DNA of 41,662 nt from Chiloscyllium plagiosum (GCF_004010195.1 NC_057718.1:59392485-59434146); one strand, 5' to 3'. Numbered from the stretch's first letter, positions 10,411 to 22,801 are shown. Notes: generated from the sequence alone by a model not told the origin. Made by a program: numbers and translations.

Positions 10411-13400
10411 GTGATGTGTCCGATTCCTGCAGTCACACCAAAAGCCCTTCCCCCTGCAGATGCACTAACTAACCAACATCTCAAAATACCCATCTCAATC
10501 AACTCATCATATTGTAATGCCATTTTTGTAACTGACAGAATGCTTAAGATTACTTCAACAGTTCCAAGCCCTGTATGAAGAGGAGCTGCATTAACTGGAA
10601 CAGAGAAAACATGTTAAGTGAAACGGGAGGTGCGTAGCCCAGAGTCAGTGCTATGCTATTTGCACAGCCACATGTTAAAACATAACTAACTAGCAAAGGC
10701 CTTTGGAATTAGCTTTAAATACAGAGAAGGTAAGCTTCTGACATTTTTTAAAGGTAGTGTGATAGCATTAGCAGTAGCAGCTAAATAGCTATCTATAAGT
10801 GTATCAGCGCACATGGCTGAATATTTATTCATTGCTGCCTAACCCTTCATCTCTTTTTTAAGTAACTAGCATCAAAAGTATAACAGGGCTTCCTGGTTTC
10901 CACTTTGTTACATCCCTGAATGTCAAGTGGTGATGTTTAACACTCGATCCAATCTTTAACTAATTCTTCAAACTTTTATTTACAGAAATACACATTACAA
11001 ACACATGCCCCTAACCTAACCACTACAGTTTCAACCCTAGTCTATTTTATGGAATCACACCATTTGCATACAACTAACCACAATTAACCATGATTAACAC
11101 ATTGACTGTTGGATTTTTGAAAGTATAGGGAGTCATTGATGGCTACCTTATAACCCATTTGGGCCTTTATTTATAATGCAGTTCAAATACTGCCTTAAAG
11201 CTTCCACATCAAATGAATGTAAAGGTCCACTTGCATTTTTCAGCCAACTACAATGTAAACCTCTTGTCTGTTGTGTTACGTCAAATGGCCACTGCTGGCA
11301 CTTTGTGCAATTTACCATCACTGCCAGAATGTGCTATTGATTGAATGCTGTCATCAATCGTACTTTATCTTTGCTTTGTCTTGGACCTACTATCGTAGGA
11401 TACACCATCGTAGAGTATCTGCAGAAGAAGCACTATTTTTAAATGGTAAGATTTTGTCATTAAAATATGTTACAGTCAAGTGTATTGGATCTGTTGCCTA
11501 CCTTTGCTATGTATACATCTTTTCTCTTTTCTGGTGAGTCAGCAAAAGTTCCTCACAAAATTAGCATGCTGTGCAGAATGCAACAAGCAATGATTTTCTT
11601 TAACTGTATGCCATCTGCCCCTGTAAAATCAAAACAGCTGAATATTATCTTTCACAAGCCAAATGCAGTCTAGCACTATCCTTTTCAGTCAAAATGAGGA
11701 CCATTATGCCTCTCTTGTATTTGATATTACGGATTTGGAACTGATGTCAGGTGCCATGGTGACATACTGCAGTCTCTGTAATCTGTCAAAGAGAATGCCA
11801 TGAGTAGAAAGACCAAAGAGGCTCATCAATTAGTTTTCCATCTATAACCTCCTGCTCAGATCAGAATTGGCAAGGATAATTGAGCCATGGGAGGTGCCAG
11901 GTTAACTGGCATATATATCACTGATGATTTTTTTTGGCAGCTGTATATTAATAGATGGGAATCTTGCCCTGATGAGGTTGTCCTGAATAGTTTCAGCAAT
12001 TGAATACACTTATACAGTCTTTAGTTCACCTGATATTGGGAATGCAACAGTGGCAACAAAATTCTTTTTAATACTCATTCTTTTCTGTGTCTTTATTGTA
12101 AACAAGGTGTCATCCTGCTCAAAGCAAATCTGACTTGAAAAGTAACACTGGATATCATTGACTGATTGCAGACCAATTAGTCATCGAGGTCTGAAATGTG
12201 CCGACATGGACAGTTGGCAGCTGGCACCTTTAATGGATCTTACCGTGTCTAACTTAGGTGAGGTAGCACATTTATTTATCTTCTTAAGACTGCAAAAAAT
12301 GTCAGAATACCTTTAAGCTCATTAAAGTTCATTCCTCCTTCATTCTAACTCTTTCATCTTGGCATTCAACAATTTTTTTTAATAGCCTCTAAGTATTCTA
12401 ACCTCTATTAACCCATCTGGATGGTTGCTTCAGACAAATGATCCTTCTTTGAGTAAAGACCTTCCTTTTAACAGTTCACAAAGATTAAATAATATTCGCT
12501 GATATTAAATCTAACTCTCAGACAGCAAAATATGTCAGGATAATCCAATATATGGCCATTACAGCATTAATTATGCCCTTCTGCCTCTGAAAAATTATTT
12601 CAAATTACTATTATAATCATTTATATTGCAATAACTATTGTTTGAAGAGAGTGTGTTGTGATAGGTCTCTTTTTACATATCCATATTTTCTATTTTTACA
12701 TCAAAAACACAGCAATATAGTATATGAGTCAATCAAAAATGATGAACAGTTCAAATAGTATCGAATACGATGATGTACAATTTAATACTATTATGTTAAA
12801 CAAGAATATTAAATAAAGTTTCTGTGTAAACAGCTGCAATATTTAAATTTTGACTGAATTCTGTAAATGTTTGGTGTCATTTTTTTAATAGATGCCACTG
12901 TTAGTGTCACTATCCTTGCCATCAATATTTCACAGCATTAAACTAAAAATAAAATGGATAGATACAAAAATGTCACTTGCAATCCCAAACACATTCAGCA
13001 GTGCTGAATTCCAGAAATCGCTCTTAATGCAGTACAAAAAACAGATTCAGGAAAGCTCCAAAGGAAAAATGAGCCAAATATTTGTGCTTCAAGCGATATC
13101 ATTTCCACAACACAACTCAGAAACAAAAATATGGAATGATCTCACAAGATTTAAACTCCAGTTTGAAGGGCAAATATAAGGTTTCCTAGGATGAGATTTT
13201 GACATCAAAATTGATTAATTAAGTTCATAGATTTCAACCACAATGAAGTTATAAATGCAAAAAATTGCTCATGTAATTTGCGAGATTTAACTTAAATAAT
13301 GTTTGAGAAAAATCTATACTGTTTTCAAAGTTTAAACTACTTGATTAATTCATGGATAAAATAATGATACATTAGGTTGTGGTTTGGTGAGATGTTTCCC

Positions 13401-14444
13401 ACTGATATGAGTGTACCCGTTAAAAAGGATCACAAGGTGTATGACAACACATAGCAGGGGATGTTTGGAAAGTGTCAGAAAACTGATCTGTTATAACTGT
13501 GTGGACAGTAGGCAGCTCTGGAGGTTACTAGAAACAAGTTACCTTTTACAGGGAGTTTGAACTACTTCGACCTCCAGAACAGTACACTGACTGAACAGAT
13601 GTGAGGTTAGGCTCTTAGCCATAACATCTCACCTTATAAGGCAGGACTGTAAGGAGCAGTTATTTTCTCTAACCGTTCAATTAGCCTTTTATGAATTTAC
13701 TTTATATGCATTGTTTATCATTGCTCATAATATACAAAGATTTATTGAATTGTTATTTTCATATCAAATTGATTGTGTGGTAGCACCATATAGCTGGCCA
13801 GTTTAAGACAAAGTAAATCAGTCATTACCATTACACAAAATCCAACAATCCGGAACATTTAATTTATTCTAATGAGCATTCATTCTAACGGAAAAACCCA
13901 CATTCATCTCTCCATCCCTTCCAGTTGTCAATCGACCTGCTGTCCATTTCCAACGTTTTCTAATTGTTAAAAAAAAAGTTTGAGTTCTTGAGCTTTGTAG
14001 CTTTTCTTGTACTTTTATGGTGAGTATTTCATTTTTTATTGAAACCTTGTGTTCCAGCACCACATTCTAAACTGTAGACTATTGATTTCAGCCAGACGTC
14101 TATGAATCCACAAAAAGATTGATTTGTCTGCTTGATGTATAGAGCCAAGGTCTGCACTTTACCTTGTGTTCTTGCTTTGCTTGATTATTGCTTTGACTTA
14201 ACAATTATTTATGTAATGAAATATTGATTTGGTTCCAAATGTTTGACAGATATATATCAACAATAATATTTTATTAACTTCTAGTTTGCCAATAGTATGA
14301 AAGCGATTATCAAAATGTAGTCATTGGAATAACAACCTATTATAACAATACAAAACGGATATAATAACCTTGGACTATTGACTATACATTTGAATTTATG
14401 ATGGAATAACTATGTTTTGTACGCTCTTCATTTAAAACAAACAT

Positions 14445-14708
14445 CATTTGTGGATGAGGGCGTTGCTGGCTAGGTCTGGATTTATTGCCCATCTCTAATT
14501 GGCCAGAGGGCAGTTCAGAGTCAACCACATTGAGGTTGTCTGGAGACACATCTCGGCCAGACCAGATAAGGATGGCAGTTTCCTTCCCTAAATGACTTTA
14601 GTGAATCAGATGGGCTTTTCCAACAATTGGCAATGGATTCACAGTCATTATTAGACTCTTCATTCCAGGTTCCCTAGAACATTATCTGGGTGTCTGGATT
14701 CACAGTCT
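14445..14708 (-). mobile_element. tRNA-derived SINE, MetaSINE-like central domain, CR1/L2-type tail
   Basis: Minus strand has tttagggaaggaaactgccatccttatctggtctggcc...gtggttgactct. The 3' tail ggcaataaatccagacctagccagcaacgccctcatccac matches the LINE tails at 4330 and 20400. Confidence 0.75.
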
Positions 14709-15529
14709 TATAGGAATTGTTAGAAACCATCTCCAGATAATCTAATCATAAGGAGGAGAGAATTTCACAAACATTCAGAAGAAGCCTTTCAATCACAGTA
14801 CTTTCACTGATATATTTGAAAACATCATGGTTAAAGTGTTTATTTTTCTTTCTCAAAGTACAAATTGAGCCATTACGGTAATAAGGGTCTCGGCTTGCAC
14901 GATCAGATGTAAACAGACCTCAGCTATCAACTCTTGAAAAAAAATGGCTATTTGTGGAGAGAAATGTCAATTTTTCAATGACCCTTTTCTGTCTGTGATG
15001 CAGTGCAGTGTTGGAAGTATGTCTGAGAGAGAGATATGTGAATGGGGAAACAAGGCTGCAGTGGCTGCTCTCGGAGGACAGAGGGGCTTTGTGAGTCTAC
15101 ATTGGAAAACATGGAAGCTTGTCTCTTCCCTGGTTTCTGACTTGCAGAAGAATTGGTAACATTAAATAAAAGATGATTACTTTTAAACCTCAAAGTTGAA
15201 CATTTGGAGCCTCTGTATTTTTTAAACTTCCTGTTTAAAGTTTAAAATTTGACTTCCTGCATTTGCTGATTTTGCAGCAGATGTAGTATTTTGATGCTGT
15301 GGCCATTTTTTCATATTGACACTGAACTGTTAACTATTCAGATGTCTGTAGTATTTTTGGTCCAGTTTCATGATTATTTGATATGAAATACCCTACTAAA
15401 ATATTGTCAAATGTTGAGCATAACTGCACAGCACCAGTAATACATGAACAATGCTTAAAATGAGGATTTTCTTGCACTTAATTGATCTGTGGATAGTAAC
15501 AACATCAGGCTCAATCTGCAGGCATTTCC

Positions 15530-17345
15530 AGAACAGATGAGTGGAGTGAGTTTTCTATTCCACCCAGCAGTATCAGCCAATTGAGGATGCTTGGCAGGCT
15601 CTCAAGGTTGGAGGATACTCTGTTGCATGGAGCTGAGAAGGTACCCGGTCTCTGACAGTCTCTGAGACCTCGGCTGTTTTTCCTCCATTGGCTGTGGACA
15701 TATATCAGTGATATGATGCTCACGAGATGGTGTCGCTGAGTCTAGTTTAACTAGGGCACCTATCAAGGTGATTGTCTCTGTACTGGTAGCGGATGCAGGT
15801 GAATACCTCGCTGGTGCATCCTCTGAGGGTTCTCAGGCTTCCTTCTCCAAGTTCGTGCTAACTTTGAGGGGCTCAGGCTGTGTCTCTTTTGCTCAGTTAT
15901 TTCCTGAGTGTCTTTAGTGTCTAGAGAAGAGAAGAGCAAGAATCAGTTGGTGAAAAAGCACAATGGTGGACATAGATCAATATATGTGCATTTTTTGCAC
16001 ATCTGACAAGAGCAGGATGTAATTTTTGTTTTGGTTCCTGGTCCATTTCTGTCTTCTCATCCCTATCAGAATGGTCCTGGTCTTGTCGTACCTCAGAGGG
16101 GTGAGAATATTTATATCCAACTCCTCTCCTCCAGTCTTGGCCCTCTCTATGTGGTTGTAAGCCAGCTTTTCCTGCAATGAGATAAAGAGAAGGCTGCCAA
16201 CTCTAATTATGTGATGTCCAACCTCTTTACAGTCTAGGATTGGCAAACTGCTCCATTGTGGCACTCCTCAATTGCTTCCTCTCCTCTATTTCCACCATTC
16301 TATGGCACCCTCTTTTCCAATCATGCTCCCAAATCCTGGTTAGCAACCCCTTTCCAGTTGAACCCCTGCTCCTGGCTTGGACTAAACCCACTGTTCTGGC
16401 TGTTAATCATGGGACCGAATTGGAGGCCCAGACATCAATCAGGTTGGGCCTCGCCTCTGGACATTAGACATGAAGCTTTAACTTGAGAGCATAATGTGGA
16501 ATTCCCACAGGATGTGCTGTGATGGCATTGGGTGCAGGAGCAATTTGGAATCATGCATAGATTAGATTAGATTAGATATCCTACAGTATGGAAACAGCCC
16601 ATTCAGCCTAACAGGCCCACACCGTCCCTCCGAAGAGCAACCCATCCAGACCCATTCCCCCACCCTATGTTTACCCTTGACTAATGCACCTAGCACTATG
16701 GGCAATTTAGCATGGCCAATTCACCTAGCCTGCACATCTTTGGATTATGGGAGGAAACCAGAGCACCCACAGGAAACCCACACAGACGTGGGGAGAATTT
16801 GCAAACCCCACACAGAATGTCACCCGAGGCAGGAATAGAATCAAGGTCCCTAGTGCTGTGTGGCAGAAGTACTAATCACTGAGCCACCGTGCCGCCCAAG
16901 AAGCCATAGAAGATGGTGAACCATGCCCAGTGAGTAGGAGGTGCAAATACCCAGGAAGGGTTAATAGTTCGAGAACGATGATTTGAGTATGTATCATGCA
17001 TATGGTGCTGAGGCTTGCCTGTGTGACACATCTGTGCAATGGTAGAGTTAGACTGAGTGATACCCCTGTGAATGTGAGCTCGCACAGAGAAGATGATGCC
17101 ACTTACCTGGATGGAGCACAGGAGATTATTCATTTTCTTGTGACTCAGATGCCAGCTATGTTCATGAGGGGCATTGGCATTGATCTGTGCTGCTATCTTG
17201 GTCCAGGCCAGACGGTTTGATGGAATGGCCTCCTGGTGCCATCTTCTGGAAGAAGGGCCTCTGTTCTGTCCCTTACTCCATTAGTAATGCCTGTCATGAA
17301 ATGTCAATAAAATGTTGTGTGAGCTTCTGCTTCTTAGGAAGCACA
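15530..17345 (-). pseudogene. Decayed spliced Myb/SANT-like (NAIF1/MSANTD-type) accessory gene of a PIF/Harbinger transposon
   Basis: Exon 1 (~17107-17345) reads GVRDRTEALLPEDGTRRP..AWTKIAAQINA..SWHLSHKKMNNL and ends at donor CAG|GTAAGT. Exon 2 starts at 16171 after tctctttatctcattgcag and reads EKLAYNHIERAKTGGEELDINILTP; the join is phase 0. The exon 3 acceptor is cttctcttctctag at 15921, followed by an S/T/P-rich region (SEDAPARYSPASATSTET). Stops and frameshifts are present. Confidence 0.75.
16558..16897 (-). mobile_element. HE1-type V-SINE, full length
   Basis: tRNA head gggcggcacggtggctcagtg, V-domain ttctccccacgtctgtgtgggtttcctgtgggtgctctggtttcctccca, CR1-like tail and (TCTAA)n terminus. 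Confidence 0.93.
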
Positions 17346-17755
17346 TTCACTGGGACTGGGCATGAACCCCATAGGAGAAGTGGGAGCTACTCATTTATAC
17401 TAAGTGAAATGGTGTCCAGCTAGTCTTTAAATATAGGACCAGAAACCATTATCCTGGAAGGTTCCAACAGAAACAATAACTTCCCACTTACTTACCCTAT
17501 GTGATTTGCCAAGTCGCTCTCCCAACATTTGCTTGAGTAAGTAATGAGATGCAAAGCAAATACAATGTGAGATGCCTCACCCCAAGTATGATGTATGTGA
17601 TGCCATTGAAGACATGCAGCACCACATTACAGAAGCACAATGTAAAACCTCAGCCTTTGTATTTTGTTGTAGTTTGTTTAAAGCCCATTGCAAACCAACT
17701 GTGAGGTTCTTGTGTTAGAATACTTTGAAGACAGATCAAGTAATTTTAATTTGAG

Positions 17756-17936
17756 TTGAGACTGTGATGCTGGAAAAGCACAGCCGGTTAAGCAACATCC
17801 GAGGCCCATTCCTGATGAAGGGCTTATGCCCAAAATGTCGATTCCCCTGCTTCTCAGATGCTGCCTCACCAGCTGTGCTTTTCCAGCATCACACTCTCGA
17901 TTCCGATCTCCAGCATCTGCAGTCCTCACTTTCTCC
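17756..17936 (+). mobile_element. Penelope-like element terminal fragment with inverted 5' part and hammerhead motif
   Basis: Flanked by a 15-bp TSD taattttaatttgag / taattttagtttgag. Contains a perfect 22-bp inverted repeat (17763-17784 / 17872-17893) and CTGATGA-A-GGGC-ttat-GCCC-AAAA-TGTC from 17812. Confidence 0.85.
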
Positions 17937-17956
17937 TAATTTTAGTTTGAGGCTGT

Positions 17957-18463
17957 GTGCACAATTTTCACTGATCTGACCCACAGGAAGCAGTCAGAAA
18001 GTCGAGGGGGTTCTGAAAGAGCATGGCGGTGAGGAACAACTTATCCTTTAGGAATTCCTCATTATGCTCTCAAGTTAAAGCTTCACGTCTGATGCCCAGA
18101 GGCGAGGCCCAACCTGATTGAGGTCTGGGCCTCTAGTTCAGTCCCATGATTAACAGCCAGAACAGTGGGTTTAGTCCAAGCCAGGAGCAGGGGTTCAACT
18201 GGAAAGGGGATGCTAACCAGGATTTGGGAGCATGATTGGAAAAGAGGGTACCATAGAATGGTGGAAATAGAGGAGAGGAAGCAATTGAGGAGTGTCACAA
18301 TGGAGCAGTTTGCCAATCCTAGACTGTAAAGAGGTTGGAGATCTCATAATTAGAGTTGTCAGCCACATTTTATGAGAAGTTAACACCCCAACTCTGCCCA
18401 ATCACAGCTAAATTATTTAGCTCAAATTCAGCGCTTAACTTGGGTGGAGTTTAAAATTTGCAT
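17957..18463. mobile_element. Possible MITE-like element containing the right arm of the inverted repeat
   Basis: Imperfect terminal inverted repeats gtgcacaattttcac / gtttaaaatttgcat. Confidence 0.3.
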
Positions 18464-18829
18464 TGCTTTCTCTATCAGTCTCATGATTACAACTTCCAAA
18501 TAATAGCTTTTCCTTTCATTTGATCCTCCAGTGACATTTGTTTTGCTGGAGAATTTCATGTTTGCCTACAATTTAAAATGCCACAGTCTCTGGAGAATGA
18601 AAAAGAAAGTAAGCAGGAAAGAAATTGGAATTGGAATAGATTCAATTAAACCACTTTGAGCTTGTTTAGAACATGAACATTTGTAAAGGCAATGGATGGC
18701 TGGATGTACAGCTGCTAAAAACTACAGCAAATCATACATTCAGAATTAATTGAACTTCTTAAATTCAAAGTTGGAGCTAGTCTTTGGTTGCTCTATATCC
18801 AAAATTAGATTTTTGTTTCAAAATGCTCA

Positions 18830-19305
18830 ACTATTTAACTGCAGATGGAATGGAATGTAAAGGAGTGCAAAGAAATGGGGAAATAAGGAGAAAATATAAA
18901 TTAATTGGAATCATTTTAAGGATCACTGGAACAGAGAAATTGGGAGTTTGCAGGTACAAATCTTTTAAGGTGGCAGGGTGAGTTGGTAACACTGTTTATA
19001 AAAAGCATTTGCTTTATAAATAGAGACACAGAAGGATGATGGTAAATGCCTAAAAATTACTCTGTAGGCCTAAGTTGGAGTATTTTATTCATTTCTGGGC
19101 ACCATAATTCCAGAAACATATTAAAGCCATCTAAGGCTGCTGCAAACAAAATTTACCAGTATTATATGAAGTATATTTGAAAAGTAAAATTCAGAGAGCT
19201 ATATGGAAAAAGGAGGGGAGTGAACTAATTGGGAAGCTCATCAGAAATCCAGGACAAATACCATCAGCCAAAAGGCCTCATTCTGCTCTGTATCATTCTA
19301 TGAAC
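18830..19305 (+). mobile_element. Old CR1 LINE 3' fragment
   Basis: Degenerate RPxLEYxxxFWAP motif (aggcctaagttggagtattttattcatttctgggcacca) and tail ctgtatcattctatga. Confidence 0.7.
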
Positions 19306-19769
19306 TCCTTCTACAGACTGTTACTTTGGCTAATTTGATAGAAAACAATTTCTTGGATTTGAATTCCTATTCTATGCATATACCTATCACTTAGATTTCC
19401 CAATCTGGGATTTTCATGGAACAAAGGGCTGATCTTTTAAAAGAGTAACAACCCTTGCGATTTCTAACTTTCATACAAGAAACTCCTGTGGACCCTTTGC
19501 AGTTTGCAACTTATTTTCAGATAGGGTATTTAAATTTCTTTGGCTTGAAGTGAAAAGAATATAATACATCTCTGACTAACAAGTAATATGTTCTCCCCTG
19601 TGTGGTATTCACAGCTTTTGTTTTGACAACAGACATTTGATTGAAAATGAATCTGTATTGTTCCAGCGTCATCTAAAGCATCCATAGGGGGATCGATAGG
19701 CTGGAAGTAGAACTAATGTGAGAGACTGTTTGAGATTTTTTCATTCATTGTCTCCAGACATACATATAT

Positions 19770-20097
19770 AATCAGAGGGTTAGATAGGTTGGACAATGAG
19801 AGCAGTTTTCCTCGAACGGTGATGGCTAGCACGAGGAGATAGAGCGTAAAATTGAGGGGTGAAAGACTTAGGACAGATGTCAGAGTTTCTTTACTCAGAG
19901 AATAGTAGGGGTGTGGAATGCACTGCCTGTGACAGTAGTAGACTCACCAACGTTAAGGACATTTAAATGGTCATTGGATAGACATATGGACAAGAATGGA
20001 ATAGTGTAGGTTAGATGGGCTTCAGATTGGTTTCACAGGTCGGCACAACATCGAGGGCCGAAGGGCCTGTACTGCACTGTAATGTTCTATGTTCTAT
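19770..20097 (+). mobile_element. CR1 LINE 3' end
   Basis: RGLDRLD..FP..FTQRxVGVWNALP, the cgagggccgaagggcctgtact hairpin region and a (gttctat)n terminus. Confidence 0.92.
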
Positions 20098-20334
20098 ATC
20101 ACATGAGAAACATTAGCCTCATTTTAACCTAACTTTCCCGGTGGGAAGCTAATGGGATCAGATTGAACACTTGTTCCTCAATGAATTTTAATTTTCATTT
20201 GTATTCTGTGGGAAAGTGTACACGCCAGTACACTTTTGCACTATAGTAGCAGGCCCACAGTTTTGCCATTCGGATGAAGGAATTAGTTTAAATTATAAAT
20301 AGAATCACAAAGCTGCCATCCACTCAACTAAACT

Positions 20335-20462
20335 AAACTGACCCCTGTCACATGGACTGTAGTGATTCAAAAAGGCAACTCACCATCATCTTCTCAAGGG
20401 CAACTCGGGATTGACAATAAATGCTGGCCAGCCAGTGATGCCCACATTGCACAAGTGAGTTT
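20335..20462 (+). mobile_element. CR1/L2-group LINE 3' tail
   Basis: caccatcatcttctcaagggcaac...aataaatgctggccagccagtgatgcccacat is the same tail as 4330-4440. Confidence 0.8.
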
Positions 20463-21371
20463 TTTTTAAAAAAAGGGGCCAGTGAATCAGTGTACTTGCA
20501 TTATCAGAGTGAATCTTAGAGCACCTACAGATATCAGCTTGACCATCTGAAAATAGAAGTGAAGAACTGTGCAAATCAAGGAAATGTTCTCCCAAACAGG
20601 ATGCAGTGTCAGTATAAATATAAATGTCACAGATGTTATGTGTGCTCCATGTAGAATAGTACATGATAACAAAATGTGATTTAGCAAGTGTGACTCACTG
20701 GCAAGATCACAACAAGCTTGTAGGTTTTCATCTCTGGGGCAAAGGATCAACTCATGACTGACAACCAGGTAACATAAACAGTTCCAAACTGCTGGAACTG
20801 AGAATACAATTTTTCTGAAAACAGGATGGTTGCAAGTTTGGGAAGGGGACTGAACTCAGAGGAGCTCAGTGTCAATCTGGCCTAATAAATTTGCATTTAA
20901 CTGACGATGTGATACTTTATATATGTCTGTGATCAAAACTGGTAAATACAATTATTCCTGAATGGTGGCAAGATATTTGAAATTAGGCAACAAGAGCTTT
21001 GAAAGAGGATTTGCCTCACAAATTTGTGTGAGTTTTTAAGGAAACAATAGCCCAAATGTGTTTTGGCAAATCTAACGATGTGAAGTATCCAGGCTTACAA
21101 CAATTCTTTGAAAGTATTCTACAGCAAGCAGTATAAGAATTTGTAAAGCAGCACATTCTACATGAAATGTTACTACTTAAATTTAGGATAAAGGGATTCA
21201 AACAAAAATGCTGGGATGGAAAACGTATTAACTGAATATTTTGATGCAATAGTCAGTTAAGAGAACGATGACAGAGGAGGTGGTGCTGCTTTGGGACTTA
21301 TCCCCAACCTTTACTGTTTCTAATTTACATTATCTACTTGGTTTCAGAAGCTCTATGGACAGGGTCGAGTC

Positions 21372-21530
21372 ACGGATGATACCAAACTAGGCGGGACCAC
21401 TTATAGCTGAGGAAGCAGTCAAGGATCTGCAAAATTAATTAGATAATTTGTGTAAGTGAGCAGAGCAATGGCAGAAGGAAGTTAACATTGTTAAATATAA
21501 AGTATTGCACACAGTAAGAAAAAAACGAGC
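21372..21530 (+). mobile_element. CR1 RT fragment
   Basis: Degenerate DDTKLGG...LQxxLDxLxxWAxxWQ...KVLH. Confidence 0.7.
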
Positions 21531-21698
21531 AGCCTGCTCTTTACTGTGCATATTCCCTCAGTGTAGCATCATGATATCTCACCAGATTGATCAGTATTTG
21601 TTAAAACAAGAGTTGGCTTACATTCAGTGATATACTTACAAGTTATAAATAATTGAATTTAAACCTAATCGTCAATGTTTAATGTATTCAATCATTTG

Positions 21699-21923
21699 AA
21701 TACTTCTAAAAATATCCTTTTACAAATGAGATGTTGTACCACATTTCATTAAATAAAGGTTGTAGTTTTTGCAAAGAGAAAGTTCACTATATTGTCACAC
21801 CCATGAAATACTTCTAAAAATATCCTTTTACAAATGAGATGTTGTACCACATTAAAGGCATTTCATTAAATAAAGGTTGTAGTTTTTGCAAAGAGAAAGT
21901 TCACTGTATTGTCACACCCATGA
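21699..21923. repeat. Near-perfect tandem duplication (108 bp + 117 bp)
   Basis: Copy 1 is 21699-21806 and copy 2 is 21807-21923. They differ by one substitution and a 9-bp insertion in copy 2. Confidence 0.95.
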
Positions 21924-21924
21924 A

Positions 21925-21970
21925 TCTCACACACACCCTCTCTCTCTTACTTCTCACACACACATAGAGA

Positions 21971-22008
<38 letters not shown>

Positions 22009-22018
22009 CGTACACAGA
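21925..22018. repeat. Compound (CA)n/(CT)n microsatellite
   Basis: Read directly. Confidence 0.95.
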
Positions 22019-22801
22019 CCCCTCCAGCATCTTCTTTCCCCGTAGTGTCCTGTTTTTCAGTTTTTTAAAAATTACTTTGTGAATGTGATAGGTGTGTCAT
22101 GGTTCAGAGAGGTTCTACTACATACTATGGAATTCTTGCCACATAACAATTGTCATCTAATAGGTGTTAGTGGCCAGAATACGGTATGAAGCATATTTTT
22201 CAATCAGAAATCAATGTAAAAATGGTCTGAATGAAAATCTGTGGAGAAATGGATCCACTAAACTGGTTTTCACAAATGTTATTGAGCCAGTCTGCATCAA
22301 ATATTGTGAAGACAAAGAAATGAGTAATTAGCATCACCGTCTGCCTGATGTTGAGCTGTTGATTTCTCTCCCATACACTCATACAAGGAAATCAAATCTT
22401 GATTCAGTATCAGCCACAGCAAAATAACAGTGGTTAATCAAATTTGTAGATCACAGCATTGATGTGCCCTGTTTAGACTGGTATCTGTTTCTGTGGCAGA
22501 GGATCTGGCTTACATATGTGTAAAATACTTGCCTTTGGTTATTTTGTGTTTGTCAAAACCCTGAACATCCTGGAGCTCAAAAGTAATCATTCTCAGCATT
22601 GATGTTCAAAACACAAAGTTACATTCTTGTAAGGTGAGTTTTCTTTACCAAAGGTGCCTTTCCTGTACTTATAAATATATGAAACAATTTTGACAACAAG
22701 TTGTGCTTATATAGCATTGAGAACTTGGTAAACTTCCCATGGTCCTTCACCGGAACAATGTCAAACAAACCACATGGAAGAGACACTTACAACAAGAATC
22801 T

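Larger units (their letters stand above)
16192..18364. repeat. Long inverted repeat: arms 16192-16513 and 18043-18364
   Basis: Manual alignment gives 322-bp arms, about 16 substitutions, no indels and a ~1.5-kb spacer. The mirrored ORFs 16240..16467(+) and 18083..18316(-) confirm it. Confidence 0.97.

Noticed and set aside
16240..18401. Paired near-identical ORFs (MANCSIV...) as duplicated genes
   Set aside because: A by-product of the inverted duplication, with non-ATG starts and no protein family resemblance.
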